Origin: an uncultured archaeon
GTDB lineage: Archaea > Thermoproteota > EX4484-205 > JAAOZP01
Direction: 5' to 3'
DNA: 64,000 nt
Assembly: GCA_938045545.1 (NCBI GenBank)
Contig: CALIBN010000015.1
Coordinates: 20,962-84,961 of the forward strand
Part shown: positions 40,198-50,307 of the stretch, one piece after another
How positions within the stretch are numbered: position 1 is the stretch's first letter
Layout of the letters: each line of letters begins with the position of its first letter
Program-made: the position numbers and the translations under genes
The notes under the pieces: model-generated
Database searches by the model: none
What the model was told of the DNA's origin: nothing
What the model saw: only the letters and a program-made list of their open reading frames with translations

Positions 40198-41307
40198 GTG
40201 TTGAGAAACCCGGATATAACCAGGCTGCTTAAAGTCCTTCTGAGAGAGGGAGAGCCCGATAGAGTGCCCTTCTACGAGCATTTTGTAGACAACGAGGTTA
40301 TTGAGGCTTTAACCGGTAAGCCGGTGTCTAAGGCTTTAGCCGAAGGAGGCTTAAGCTCAGAGAAATACCTGGATATCCTGGTTGACTTTTATGCCAGGCT
40401 TGGATACGACTATGTTCCAATGGAGGTTCCCCCCAAACTTCCTAGGACGAACATTCTTCAGACGAACGATGTTGCTTATCTTTCCCGTGGGAAAAGGACT
40501 TGGGAGGATGAGAACAGGGGTGTGATTGAGACAATCGAGGATTTTGAAAAATATCCTTGGCCTAACGCGGATGAGGCGCTGGATTTTTCAGTATTTGAAA
40601 GGCTGAGGAGGAAACTGCCTGAAGGCATGGGTGTTGTTGGAGGCGTTGCAGGAGGGTTCTTCGAGCATGCGAGCTGGCTTATGGGGCTTGGAAAACTCTG
40701 TAGGGCTGTGCACCTAGACAGGAGGCTTGTTGAAAAAATGTTCAGCAGGGTCTCCTCGCTCATTCTTGCTTTAGATGAGACAATAGTTAGAGAGGGGTTT
40801 GTTGATGCTCTTAGAATGGGTGACGACTTGGGCTATAAGACAGGCACATTCCTGGCGCCTAGGATTCTGAGGGAATACGTTTTCCCAAACTACAGGAGGC
40901 TGGCCGATTTGGCACATGGGCGGGGGCTTCCCTTCATAATACATTCCTGTGGAAACCTGTATACTCCTGATGAAACTGGGAGAACAGTGATGGACGACCT
41001 TGTAGAGAGCGTCAGGATAGATGCCAAACATTCTTTCGAGGACAACATAATGCCGGTATACGAGGTTAAGGAGAAGTATAGGGGGAAGATAGCGGTTTTG
41101 GGCGGTGTAGATATGAATAAGCTTGTTCAACTGCCGGAGAAAAACCTAAGGGAGCATGTTAGGCTAATAATTAAGAAGTGTGCGCCGGGAGGCGCCTATG
41201 CTCTAGGCTCTGGAAACACGATAGCTAACTATGTGCCTTTAGAAAACTATCTCGCGATGCTTGACGAAGGCTTTAGAAGAGGAACATACCCGATAGAGAT
41301 AAGTTGA
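40198..41307 (+). CDS. UroD/MtaA-CmuA family protein
   Basis: EPDRVPFYE, YPWP, GDDLGYK, HSCG, LGGVD, GGAYALGSGN. Confidence 0.85.
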   Translation: MLRNPDITRLLKVLLREGEPDRVPFYEHFVDNEVIEALTGKPVSKALAEGGLSSEKYLDILVDFYARLGYDYVPMEVPPKLPRTNILQTNDVAYLSRGKRTWEDENRGVIETIEDFEKYPWPNADEALDFSVFERLRRKLPEGMGVVGGVAGGFFEHASWLMGLGKLCRAVHLDRRLVEKMFSRVSSLILALDETIVREGFVDALRMGDDLGYKTGTFLAPRILREYVFPNYRRLADLAHGRGLPFIIHSCGNLYTPDETGRTVMDDLVESVRIDAKHSFEDNIMPVYEVKEKYRGKIAVLGGVDMNKLVQLPEKNLREHVRLIIKKCAPGGAYALGSGNTIANYVPLENYLAMLDEGFRRGTYPIEIS

Positions 41308-41318
41308 GAAACATGCTA

Positions 41319-42476
41319 TTAAGTCTTTAAAATCTTGTCTAAGTGTTTGAAGTTCTCCTTCCTGATCGGATACTTTCCAACCTTTTTAGCATATTCAACC
41401 TCGTACCTTAAGAGTTCAGGAGGAACGTTGGCATATGTTTCGCCACCGTTGTCGAAAGCATAGCCACCACCAGCTGCAGCGTGAAATATGCATTTCTCAA
41501 CCTCAAGCTCAATGTTTTCAAAAGATCCGTTGACTAGAACCCTCCAGTCAGCGTTGCCGTTGAAGAACACTTTCCCCTTAAATGCTTCAGCAATCTTTTT
41601 AATATCGTTCTCAACGCCCACATCGGCCTCATTTATCCTGTAAATGTTTACAAGTATGCCCGTTATGTGGTCCATGTGAGAATCCATGTGCAAGTAACGA
41701 TATTCAGTACCGTGCCGCTCGTAAAGCCTCAGGTTATAAGGCAGCGTGAACTCCTCGTACATATCCTTGCTCAAGTAGCCCGAATGATCGTCGGCCAGGC
41801 CGAGGCTCCCTGGTCCAGAACCAGAAATCTCATAGTAATATTCCTGAAGCTGGTTGAAGGTTTCCTCCAGTTTTCTGAAAAGCCTATGCATGTCGCTGGG
41901 ACTCTCGTAGAGCCAGCGGTACAGTTTCTCGGGACCAGTCAACGAGCCTGCAGCTGAAACCGGTGGATGTATCTGGAGCCTGCCGCCGACTGGAAGACCC
42001 TCATAGTTTTTCCTGACAAGCTCCCTAAACTTTTCAAGCTTCTCATAGTAAGCCTGAATACCCCTGTGGCGACGAGGGTCAGGAACCTCCAGCCTATCGA
42101 TATCCTCAAGGGTCTTAATCCGGGGGATTATCCATGGGCTGAGCCAAGGGTTTCTCTCATCCGGCATTTCAATCTTGCAGTCGAAAACAATGCCTTCAGA
42201 TACGGCTCCGAGGTCTAGATGCACTCGTATTTCTGTCAAATCATCCTTAAGCCATCTGAGCCTCCATTTCAACCCTTTCACCTGAGCATCCAGCATTATA
42301 CTCATGTCGTTGTAATATTCGGCAAAAGTATAGTCGAAGAGCCTAGCATAATATGGGCCTCCAAGCCCTATGACCACCGGAACCCTGTCAGACTCCTTGA
42401 ACTGGGCAGCTTCCTCCAAACGCTTCCTATTCTCCTCTAGAACGCTAGAATACTTGGCTCGGTTGAAGGGCTCCAT
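41319..42476 (-). CDS. UroD/MtaA-CmuA family protein
   Basis: SDRVPV, LADD..GYLS..MYEEF.LPY, HMDS, FNGN, GGGYAF. Confidence 0.8.
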   Translation of the reverse strand: MEPFNRAKYSSVLEENRKRLEEAAQFKESDRVPVVIGLGGPYYARLFDYTFAEYYNDMSIMLDAQVKGLKWRLRWLKDDLTEIRVHLDLGAVSEGIVFDCKIEMPDERNPWLSPWIIPRIKTLEDIDRLEVPDPRRHRGIQAYYEKLEKFRELVRKNYEGLPVGGRLQIHPPVSAAGSLTGPEKLYRWLYESPSDMHRLFRKLEETFNQLQEYYYEISGSGPGSLGLADDHSGYLSKDMYEEFTLPYNLRLYERHGTEYRYLHMDSHMDHITGILVNIYRINEADVGVENDIKKIAEAFKGKVFFNGNADWRVLVNGSFENIELEVEKCIFHAAAGGGYAFDNGGETYANVPPELLRYEVEYAKKVGKYPIRKENFKHLDKILKT

Positions 42477-42613
42477 CGGGAATGCTCAATAAAACCATCC
42501 TATTTAAAACTTAGGCTGCTAAACACTATGACCAGTAATTGCCCAAATGCTTATTTCTAAGACGACTTGCGGCGATGATCTTAAATATGTCTGCAGCAGG
42601 CGGGAGAGGTGAC

Positions 42614-44578
42614 ATGCTGATGAAGGATAGAATCTTCCCGGCTTTCAAGAGGCCCAGGAAGCTCAGGGTACTTGATGTCCGCCCATATTCTTGGCATGAA
42701 CAGATGACGATAACTTGCGCACAGGGCTTGATCAACCGTGTTATGCCAAGAGTCTATCTGGTTTTCGACGATTACGTTGACAGGCTGTGGTTGTCAATCT
42801 ACGGGAAAAGATACGGTGTTAAGCATGAGGAGGTTAACAGCCTCTACGAGCTACTGTCATACTTTAGAAAGGAAATAGCAGGGTTTGTGGTTTACGACGA
42901 GAACATGCTGCACTCTTCGAACGTGGCTATGACTTACGGGAGTATTCGCAACGCGGTTCCAGCGTCACCAGAGGTTGCGGAAAGGCTTTCTGAAGCTGGC
43001 TTCAGGAAAGTAGCCGACTTCAGGGGGAGATGGAGAAACAGGCTTGAAGCCTACGAATGGGCTTTTCAAAACTTGATGAAGCAGTGTAACAGAAGGATTG
43101 TTGGAAGTATGTGTGTAGACCCTCCTTTAACCTCCTTCACGAATAAGCATCATGTTAGAGACTATCTTGTTGCGGTGAAAGCATTCTCGTTCGACCTTTC
43201 CACCAAGATTAGGGACCGCCGGGAAGTAGAATTGTTCGACAGGATACTTGGCTCTTTCGACTCTTTAGGAGTGGTTTTAGGATGGCACTGCATCAGGGAC
43301 CTTGAGTCAGAGGCTGTTGCAAGAGCCTCTAGAAATGGTTTCTTCGTGCTTTGCAACCTGAGTTCTCCAAACTTGACTGTCCATTCGGGTATAAAGACTA
43401 ATTTCAAGTTTAAACAGAAGCACGCCAGCAAAGTAACATTGGAGGATAAGGTTTACGTGACTTTCGTACAGTCTGACGGAGACGCTATTTGGGCGATGAA
43501 CAATTTTCAAAACCTTAACTGGCTTGACAGCCAGAGGGGAAGGTTTCCATACACGTGGGAGATCCAACCCCTGTTGCTGGACCTAGCACCCGGAATGCTT
43601 GAGCACTACTATAGGACTGCTACTTCAAACGATTATTTCATAGCAGGACCTTCTGGAGCAGGCTATACGGCGCCAAGCGTTAACAAGCGCCTTGACGAGT
43701 TTCTCGTGCAGACTAGTAGGTATATGGAGGCGTGTGATTTAAGATCCATATTGATCATGAACCGTAACCCCCGGGTGGCCTATCAGGAGCTTGAAGACCC
43801 GAGGATACCTGAGGCTTTTGCCAAAGGGCTTAAAAACTGTTTCGGATTCCTACATGGTTACGCGGGGTCGGCTTTCGAGCCAGCCATCTTCGTCGACAAT
43901 ACGCCCTATTTTCACACCACGCTTTACGCTTCCGCTTCAACCGATATTCTGAAAGAGCTGAAGAGGCTTGTGGAAGGTTGTGAAACACGACCATTATTCG
44001 TCTCAATACACGTTAGAGAGGAGGTTAAAATGCCGGTTTTACGCAGCGTAATAGAAAAACTTAGTGGTGGAACATATAGGGTTGTGAAGACGGATGAGTT
44101 CATGCTTGCCTTGAAAAAGGCGTATGAAAAAGGCCTGTTTAAACAAGGCTTCTCAGAATCAGCGGGAGAGTCCCTTAAGGAGAACGGTAAAACAGTTTGG
44201 GAAAACTGTCGCCGGAGGGTTGAACGCTTAGAGAAGCTGGTTGAAATGGATGAGCAAGGGATGCTGGCGGAGTATGACTCCGGCGGATATGGTTTCACCG
44301 TGGAGGAGCTGCCGGATCTTTTGGCTTACGACGCGGTTGAGACAGCGCTACGTCTTGTCCAGGCAGCGCTGAACATTAAGGGAGTCTACGCGAACAGCAT
44401 TGAGAAGAGCGTTGAAGACTTTCTGAAGGAGTACGGCGAGCTTCCTCAGGCTCAGGTAGTTGAAACAGTTTTAGAAACCTGGAGAAGCTGGGAGAAAGCA
44501 AAGTGCAGCATGGAAGAGGCGAGGACGCTGGCGAGAAGAGTAATCGGGTTTGCGAAGGCTCTCGGTGAAAAACTTTAG
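42614..44578 (+). CDS. GxGYxYP-family putative glycoside hydrolase
   Basis: AQGLINRVMPRVY, VLGW, NLTVHS, SDGD, RGRFPYTW, DYFIAGPSGAGYTAP; SD GAGGTGA before ATG 42614/42620. Confidence 0.82.
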   Translation: MLMKDRIFPAFKRPRKLRVLDVRPYSWHEQMTITCAQGLINRVMPRVYLVFDDYVDRLWLSIYGKRYGVKHEEVNSLYELLSYFRKEIAGFVVYDENMLHSSNVAMTYGSIRNAVPASPEVAERLSEAGFRKVADFRGRWRNRLEAYEWAFQNLMKQCNRRIVGSMCVDPPLTSFTNKHHVRDYLVAVKAFSFDLSTKIRDRREVELFDRILGSFDSLGVVLGWHCIRDLESEAVARASRNGFFVLCNLSSPNLTVHSGIKTNFKFKQKHASKVTLEDKVYVTFVQSDGDAIWAMNNFQNLNWLDSQRGRFPYTWEIQPLLLDLAPGMLEHYYRTATSNDYFIAGPSGAGYTAPSVNKRLDEFLVQTSRYMEACDLRSILIMNRNPRVAYQELEDPRIPEAFAKGLKNCFGFLHGYAGSAFEPAIFVDNTPYFHTTLYASASTDILKELKRLVEGCETRPLFVSIHVREEVKMPVLRSVIEKLSGGTYRVVKTDEFMLALKKAYEKGLFKQGFSESAGESLKENGKTVWENCRRRVERLEKLVEMDEQGMLAEYDSGGYGFTVEELPDLLAYDAVETALRLVQAALNIKGVYANSIEKSVEDFLKEYGELPQAQVVETVLETWRSWEKAKCSMEEARTLARRVIGFAKALGEKL

Positions 44579-44630
44579 AAGGCTTTCAAATGGTTTACTA
44601 TGTGAGCGAGCTGAAGTCCTCCCGCTCCAG

Positions 44631-45017
44631 TCATGCGATGAGCAAGGCTACAGCTATCGCAACGTCGCTCGTCCTATCGTGGCTTAAGCTGATCAAAATG
44701 TTTCTCGCACCCTTCTCGCGAAGAATATTTAGAAGCGTTTCGCTCATAACCACCCTAGCCTCTTGGTCGACGGCCTCGACCTCAACACCCCTCCACCCAA
44801 GCCGACTCCTGCTAGCACGGCCTATTGCTTTGAAAACCGCCTCCTTAGCCGCAAACCTGACGGCCAGCTTCTCATAAGAATAGCCTGATTGAAAACAGTA
44901 TTCAAGCTCTCTTTCTGTGAAAACCCTTTTTAGAAAACTTGCGCCACATTTTTCTATAGCCTTTTTAACCCTGCTTATCGAAACAACGTCCACGCCGACC
45001 CCGATTATCAAGCCCAA
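44631..45017 (-). CDS. acpS: Holo-[acyl-carrier-protein] synthase
   Basis: IIGVGVDVV, RVFTERE, LAVRFAAKEAVFKAIG, ISLSHD. Confidence 0.93.
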   Translation of the reverse strand: MGLIIGVGVDVVSISRVKKAIEKCGASFLKRVFTERELEYCFQSGYSYEKLAVRFAAKEAVFKAIGRASRSRLGWRGVEVEAVDQEARVVMSETLLNILREKGARNILISLSHDRTSDVAIAVALLIA

Positions 45018-45026
45018 CTGGACGCG

Positions 45027-45272
45027 TTAGCGCCCTGCTTGAGCCAGCTTAGCCTTTATGTACTCGACAACCTGTCCGACCGTCTGGTTTTTCTCCGCCT
45101 CCTCCTCAGGAATCTCCAGGTTGAAAGCCTCCTCAAATGTTGCAATAAGTTCAACAGTGTCTATGGATTCAGCCATAAGGTCGTCCACGAGGGAAGTGTC
45201 ATCCCTCAAGCTGTCAACGCTTACGCGGAAGTGTTCAGCTATTATCTTCTTAACCTTCTCCTCAACCGACAT
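45027..45272 (-). CDS. acpP: Acyl carrier protein
   Basis: MSVEEKVKKIIAE...DDLMAESIDTVEL...FEEAFNLEIPEEEAEK..TVGQ; aligns with bacterial AcpP, Ppant Ser retained. Confidence 0.92.
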   Translation of the reverse strand: MSVEEKVKKIIAEHFRVSVDSLRDDTSLVDDLMAESIDTVELIATFEEAFNLEIPEEEAEKNQTVGQVVEYIKAKLAQAGR

Positions 45273-45273
45273 T

Positions 45274-46554
45274 CTATAGGCCTCCTCGCTCCAATCTTGC
45301 CTCTGCCTTCCTTATTAAAGTTTCCCTCTCCTCCCTAGTGTCCTGATATATTTTCTCAAGCATTCTGATGTAGCTCTCAGACATTACGATCGACCTCCTA
45401 GACATAACCCTCTTCTCCGCCTCAACGGTCCTTCTGAAGCCAGCCCCCCTTCTCAACCTCCCCTCGGCATACCAGGAGAAGCTTGGAATGTATTTTGGAA
45501 GAACCTCCCCGCCGAGGAGGACGCATGCTACTCCGACAACAGTCCCGGTGTTCAGCAGGCAGCCTATGCCGAACTTCGTGTGATCACCTATGAAGCTCCC
45601 TACCTTTATGTCTCCCGTGTCCATTAGCCTACCTTTAACATAGACGTCAACATTGCTATAATCGTTCTTCAAATCGCTATTAGTGGTGAGAGCGCCGATA
45701 TTAACCCACTCACCAACGTACGCATGGCCGAGGAAACCCGTGTGATACTTGTTAGAATAACCTTGGATGATGCTCGCCTCAACCTCTCCGCCAACCCGGC
45801 AGACAGGTCCTATGCTCGTCTCCTCCCTTATGTTTCCGCGAACGACCCAAGTATCCCTGCCGATGTAGCATGGGCCCTCCACGCGGCTGAACGGATATAT
45901 CCGTGCACCCTCGTCAACCATTATTGGGCCGGAGCTAGTGTCGAGCACGACGAAAGGATGTATGGCTGCACTCTTACTAACGTGAAGCATGCTCTTATCG
46001 CCGACGACAGCAATCCTCTCTTCTAACGCTTTAACCCCCTCCTTCTTAGACCAGTATGCCTCAAAATCCTCCTTGAGCAACTCGTGATTATACTGGACGA
46101 GATGCCATGGGTACTCCACCATCCGGGCATCAACCTGCTTTACGCTGAGCTCAGACCTCAGTTTTTCAATAGTCTTCTGAAGAGTATCCGAAAGGTTTTT
46201 CCTAATGGTTTCCCTCTTGACGCGAATATAAACGATATCGCCCTTACACATGGCGATAATCTCATCGTCCTCGGAAGGGAGGCGGCCGTGCTCTGGAAGC
46301 CACCTTCCGTTAACTAAAAGAGCGTCATCCCTACTCAGATCCTCAAGGCTGTTCACAGCAGCATCTCCAAGCCTTTCCCTTAGAACTAGTGCTAAGTGAT
46401 CCCTGACGAAAAAAGAGGTTTCAACACCAGGATTAATCCTCCTGATTCTCTCGACCAGCGTCATAGACCCGCATCTCAACTCGAAAGTAGCCCTTGTAAG
46501 CGTTAACGGGTAAAGAAGGTCATACTTCTCATCCTCGAATAGGCATATCTTCAA
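45274..46554 (-). CDS. Alternative-GlmU-like protein (putative sugar nucleotidyltransferase N-domain plus left-handed beta-helix acyltransferase)
   Basis: LYPLTLTRATFELRCG, YPWHL, IGPVCRVGGEVE, SNKYHTGFLGHAYVGEWVNIGA..NSDLKN, GSFIGDHTK. Confidence 0.85.
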   Translation of the reverse strand: MKICLFEDEKYDLLYPLTLTRATFELRCGSMTLVERIRRINPGVETSFFVRDHLALVLRERLGDAAVNSLEDLSRDDALLVNGRWLPEHGRLPSEDDEIIAMCKGDIVYIRVKRETIRKNLSDTLQKTIEKLRSELSVKQVDARMVEYPWHLVQYNHELLKEDFEAYWSKKEGVKALEERIAVVGDKSMLHVSKSAAIHPFVVLDTSSGPIMVDEGARIYPFSRVEGPCYIGRDTWVVRGNIREETSIGPVCRVGGEVEASIIQGYSNKYHTGFLGHAYVGEWVNIGALTTNSDLKNDYSNVDVYVKGRLMDTGDIKVGSFIGDHTKFGIGCLLNTGTVVGVACVLLGGEVLPKYIPSFSWYAEGRLRRGAGFRRTVEAEKRVMSRRSIVMSESYIRMLEKIYQDTREERETLIRKAEARLERGGL

Positions 46555-46583
46555 TCCTTCTCACCGCTGCCAGCTTTATGTTT

Positions 46584-47795
46584 TTAACGGTTTAATAAGT
46601 GTTTCCTAGTCTCCTCAGCAATAGCAAGCTCCTCATCGGTCGGTACAACTAGAACCCTAACCTTAGACTGCTCGCTGCTTATTACCCCGGTTCTGCCCAC
46701 CGTGGCCCTGTTCGCATCCTCGTCGATCTTCAACCCCAGGAAACCCAGGTTGTCGCATATCATTCCCCTTATGAGAGGATCGTTCTCACCTATCCCCCCT
46801 GTGAATACCAGTACGTCAAGCCCGCCAAGTACCGCAGCGTAGGCGCCTATATACTTCTTAGCCCTGTAAGCGAAGACCTCCAGCGCGAGCCTGGCCCTCT
46901 TGCTGCCAGCCTCAGCCTCCCTCTCCACATCCCTGATGTCGTTGCTAACGCCTGAGACACCTAGTAGACCACTCTTCTTGTTAAGCATGTCTTCAACTTC
47001 TCTAGGGGGAAAGCCTTCGCCGATAAGGTAGAAAACTATCGAAGGATCTATGTCCCCGCTCCTAGTTCCCATGACTAGTCCTTCCAGCGGAGTGAAACCC
47101 ATGCTAGTATCTATTGAGCGGCCGTTCTTAACAGCGGTGATGCTGCACCCGTTTCCGAGATGACAGGTTATCATCCTGAGTTTCTCAATAGGCTCGCCGA
47201 GGATTTCAGCAGCCTTCTGGGCAACATACTTGTGGCTTGTCCCGTGGAAACCGTATCTCCTGATTCCGAACTTCCCGTAAAGCTCATATGGTATGGCGTA
47301 GAGATAGGCTGTCTCCGGCATGGTCTGGTGGAAAGCGGTGTCGAACACGGCCACCTGGGGGACGCTTGGAAGAAGGCTTCGCGCAGCCTCTATACCAGCT
47401 ATGTTGGGAGGATTATGGAGTGGAGCCAGTTTAGCCCATTTCCTAAGAGCGCCAAGAACATTCTCGTCGACGATGGTGGATTCGAAGAAAGCATCCCCGC
47501 CGTGAACAACCCTGTGTCCAACAGCAACTATCTCCCTAAGCGAATCAATAGCCTTGGGCTCAGCTTCGAGGAGAATCCTGAGGATGATCTCAAGGCCCTG
47601 CCTATGGTTGGAAACATCGACCTCGCTCCTCGCTACTATTCCACTGACCTCATGCCTAAGTATTGCCGGCCTGCTTCCAATTCTTTCAAGCAAGCCGCTG
47701 GCAACGCCTGTCAGCGAATCGGCGTCGAAAAGTTTGTATTTTATGGAGGAGCTGCCGCAGTTTACAACGAGTATTTTTCCCGGCAACCGTGTCAC
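46584..47795 (-). CDS. ackA: Acetate kinase
   Basis: [64 protein letters not shown]. Confidence 0.96.
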   Translation of the reverse strand: MTRLPGKILVVNCGSSSIKYKLFDADSLTGVASGLLERIGSRPAILRHEVSGIVARSEVDVSNHRQGLEIILRILLEAEPKAIDSLREIVAVGHRVVHGGDAFFESTIVDENVLGALRKWAKLAPLHNPPNIAGIEAARSLLPSVPQVAVFDTAFHQTMPETAYLYAIPYELYGKFGIRRYGFHGTSHKYVAQKAAEILGEPIEKLRMITCHLGNGCSITAVKNGRSIDTSMGFTPLEGLVMGTRSGDIDPSIVFYLIGEGFPPREVEDMLNKKSGLLGVSGVSNDIRDVEREAEAGSKRARLALEVFAYRAKKYIGAYAAVLGGLDVLVFTGGIGENDPLIRGMICDNLGFLGLKIDEDANRATVGRTGVISSEQSKVRVLVVPTDEELAIAEETRKHLLNR

Positions 47796-48796
47796 CCGGC
47801 TGACTGCGCTAGAACAGAGACAACGGCTATAGCCCCAACAATATCTTCAACCTTAGCACCCCTTGAAAGGTCGCTGACAGGCTTCTTGAAACCCTGGAGA
47901 ATAGGTCCATAGGCCCCGGCTCCAGCCACGTGTTGAGTAAGCTTGTACGCGATGTTCCCAGCGTCAAGGTCTGGAAATATCAGGATGTTTGCCCTCCCAG
48001 CAACGGGGCCGAGGTCCCTCAGCTTCTTCCTTGCGACTTCGATCACGAGTGCCGCGTCAGCCTGAAGCTCCCCGTCAACCTTTATTTCAGGCGCTCGCCT
48101 CCTAACGATCTCCGTGGCTCTCGCCACCTTATCCACAAGAGGGTGGATCGCGCTACCCTTGGTTGAGAAGGAGAGCATCGCAACCCTCGGCTCCCAGCCT
48201 AGTAGCCTGCTGACGCTTCTGGCAGTAGATATAGCTATGTCCGCAAGCTGCTCAGGAGTGGGGTCTGGGTTTACTGCAGCGTCAGCGTAAACCAAGACGC
48301 CGTTTTCACCAATACTCTTTTTCATAGTCTCCATTATGAAGAAGCTTGAAGGTGTTTCAACCCCTTCTTCATACCCGATTACAAGATGGCTCGCCTTAAT
48401 AACGTTTGCAGTAGTGGTGGAGGCGCCGGCAACCATGGCGTCAGCCAAACCCGTTTTAACCATCATGCAAGCAAAGTAGAGCGGCCTGCTAAGTATTCTT
48501 CTCGCAACAGCCTCGCTGACGCCCTTCTCCTCCCGGATCCTGCAGTACTCCTTGACAAAACCGTCTAAATAGCCGGAGGCCGACGGGTCTACGACTTCAA
48601 CTCCGGTTAAGGATAAGCCTAATTCAGCAGCATTCTTCTCCACGGTTTCCCTAGAGCCCAGCAGTATTGGCTTTGCAACACCCTGCTCCACGGAGGCGAC
48701 AGTCGCTCTCAATATTCTCTCATCCTCAGGCTCCGGTAGAACAATCCTCATCGGCTTCTCCCTAGCCCTGTTCTTTATCAACTGGATTACCGACAA
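47792..48796 (-). CDS. pta: Phosphate acetyltransferase (short form)
   Basis: IVLPE, VSS-like [49 protein letters not shown]. Confidence 0.95.
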   Translation of the reverse strand: MSVIQLIKNRAREKPMRIVLPEPEDERILRATVASVEQGVAKPILLGSRETVEKNAAELGLSLTGVEVVDPSASGYLDGFVKEYCRIREEKGVSEAVARRILSRPLYFACMMVKTGLADAMVAGASTTTANVIKASHLVIGYEEGVETPSSFFIMETMKKSIGENGVLVYADAAVNPDPTPEQLADIAISTARSVSRLLGWEPRVAMLSFSTKGSAIHPLVDKVARATEIVRRRAPEIKVDGELQADAALVIEVARKKLRDLGPVAGRANILIFPDLDAGNIAYKLTQHVAGAGAYGPILQGFKKPVSDLSRGAKVEDIVGAIAVVSVLAQSAG

Positions 48797-49001
48797 TCCG
48801 CCGGGGAAAAACTGAGGAATTTAATAAACTTTTTGCACTAGACATCTTCTATGAATACTGTTAATCAGCCTGGATTCGTGCAACGGGGCTGCGGCTCTTT
48901 AAATACGCTGGGCACAATACTGCAACGCGTTTCCCGTATTAATATGGCAAGAAATAATTAACACGAAAGCCTTTTTAAAGGAGGCATGATGATAACTTGG
49001 G

Positions 49002-50066
49002 ATGAAAATAAGATCTGTAACGCTTTTCGCAGCATCTGGAGACATGAAGAGCGTTAGGGAGCGTATCGCCAACCTGGGTTCAATGCTTTCATTCCACATG
49101 GAATCAATGTTTCTCTCGGAAAGTGTTTGGAGCACCAGGGTGGCGCTTCCACCCCTAGGCGAGCAGGAGTCACCCATGAAACGGGCCTCTCAGCTTCTGG
49201 ATCTAAATGTCGTAAACTATGTTTCGATAGGGCAGGTTGAGGACACGCATCCGGCTTTAGACGAGGCTGCGGAGGTTGCTGAAAACGGGCTCTACGTGTC
49301 GATAAACATGAGGAACGTCAGTAGAATTAAGAGCATTGTAAACGTTCTGAGGAAAGCTTGTGAAAAAAACCCTTCCAATGGAAGCCGGATATGCGTCAAT
49401 ATGGGTGGAAACATTGTTACACCCTACTTTCCTTCAGCATGCAACCTTCATGGTGAAGAAGGATTGGCGATATCCCTGCTGTATCCCAGCCTGCTTAGAC
49501 ACAAGCATTTAAGCCAGTTTCAAGACATTCTCGCCGAAGTTTACGCTTCTACCGAGAAGGTTGGGCTGAAGCTTTCAGAGAGGCTAGGGGTCAATTACTA
49601 CGGGATCGACGTCTCACTGTCGCCGTGGATGGAGGAGAGCGTTGCAGAGATCATCGAGTTCACCTCGGGGGTTAAAATGCCTCTTCCAGGAACCTTCAGC
49701 ATCATCAGGGAGATAAACAGTCTGATTGGGAACGCTGTTAAAACAGCCGGGATAAAGGCAACAGGCTATAACGAGGTAATGCTGCCGGTTGCAGAGGACA
49801 ATGTTCTGAAGGAGAGGGTTGCTGCAGGAGAAGTTAAGCTTAGGGACCTTGTACACTTGGCTTCAGCATGCGTTTCAGGGGTTGACATGGCTGTGGTTTC
49901 AGACAATGCTCCGAGCAGGATTATAGAGGGGGTTTTTAAAGACCTTTTTGAAGTAAGCATGTTGAAAGACAGGGCCACAGGGTTGAGAATAATTTTCACA
50001 CCTGCAGAACCGGGTGAAACAGTTAAACTTAATTTCTTCGGGTGGACACCAGTAATATTCCCCTAA
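49002..50066 (+). CDS. DUF711/UPF0210 family protein
   Basis: MKIRSVT, TPYFP, GIDVSLSPW..ESV, GYNEVMLPVAED, CVSGVDM. Confidence 0.8.
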   Translation: MKIRSVTLFAASGDMKSVRERIANLGSMLSFHMESMFLSESVWSTRVALPPLGEQESPMKRASQLLDLNVVNYVSIGQVEDTHPALDEAAEVAENGLYVSINMRNVSRIKSIVNVLRKACEKNPSNGSRICVNMGGNIVTPYFPSACNLHGEEGLAISLLYPSLLRHKHLSQFQDILAEVYASTEKVGLKLSERLGVNYYGIDVSLSPWMEESVAEIIEFTSGVKMPLPGTFSIIREINSLIGNAVKTAGIKATGYNEVMLPVAEDNVLKERVAAGEVKLRDLVHLASACVSGVDMAVVSDNAPSRIIEGVFKDLFEVSMLKDRATGLRIIFTPAEPGETVKLNFFGWTPVIFP

Positions 50067-50100
50067 AGCTTTATATTTCAAGCGGGAGTGTTAACTTGGT

Positions 50101-50307
50101 ATGGGGGTAGTTCATAGGCCGGATGATATTCTCAACAGGAGGAGACGCATCGAAATCGTTTTGAGAGACCTTAACCCTGGCGTTAGAGAACTCGTGCTCA
50201 ACATAGTGGACTCTTGGAAAGGCAGGGAATCCGTTGAGAATTTGAAGCGTGCTGTCGGCGAGGAGAAGGCTATGAAAATAGTTAAAGAGCTAAACCTGCA
50301 AGATTAA
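50101..50307 (+). CDS. Small hypothetical protein
   Basis: 68-aa ORF with a TATA-like tttatatt about 25 nt upstream. Confidence 0.5.
   Translation: MGVVHRPDDILNRRRRIEIVLRDLNPGVRELVLNIVDSWKGRESVENLKRAVGEEKAMKIVKELNLQD

Noticed and set aside
47160-47912. Long antisense ORFs (also 2715-3380, 22153-22608 and others)
   Set aside because: Shadows of well-supported genes on the opposite strand, with no recognisable motifs.
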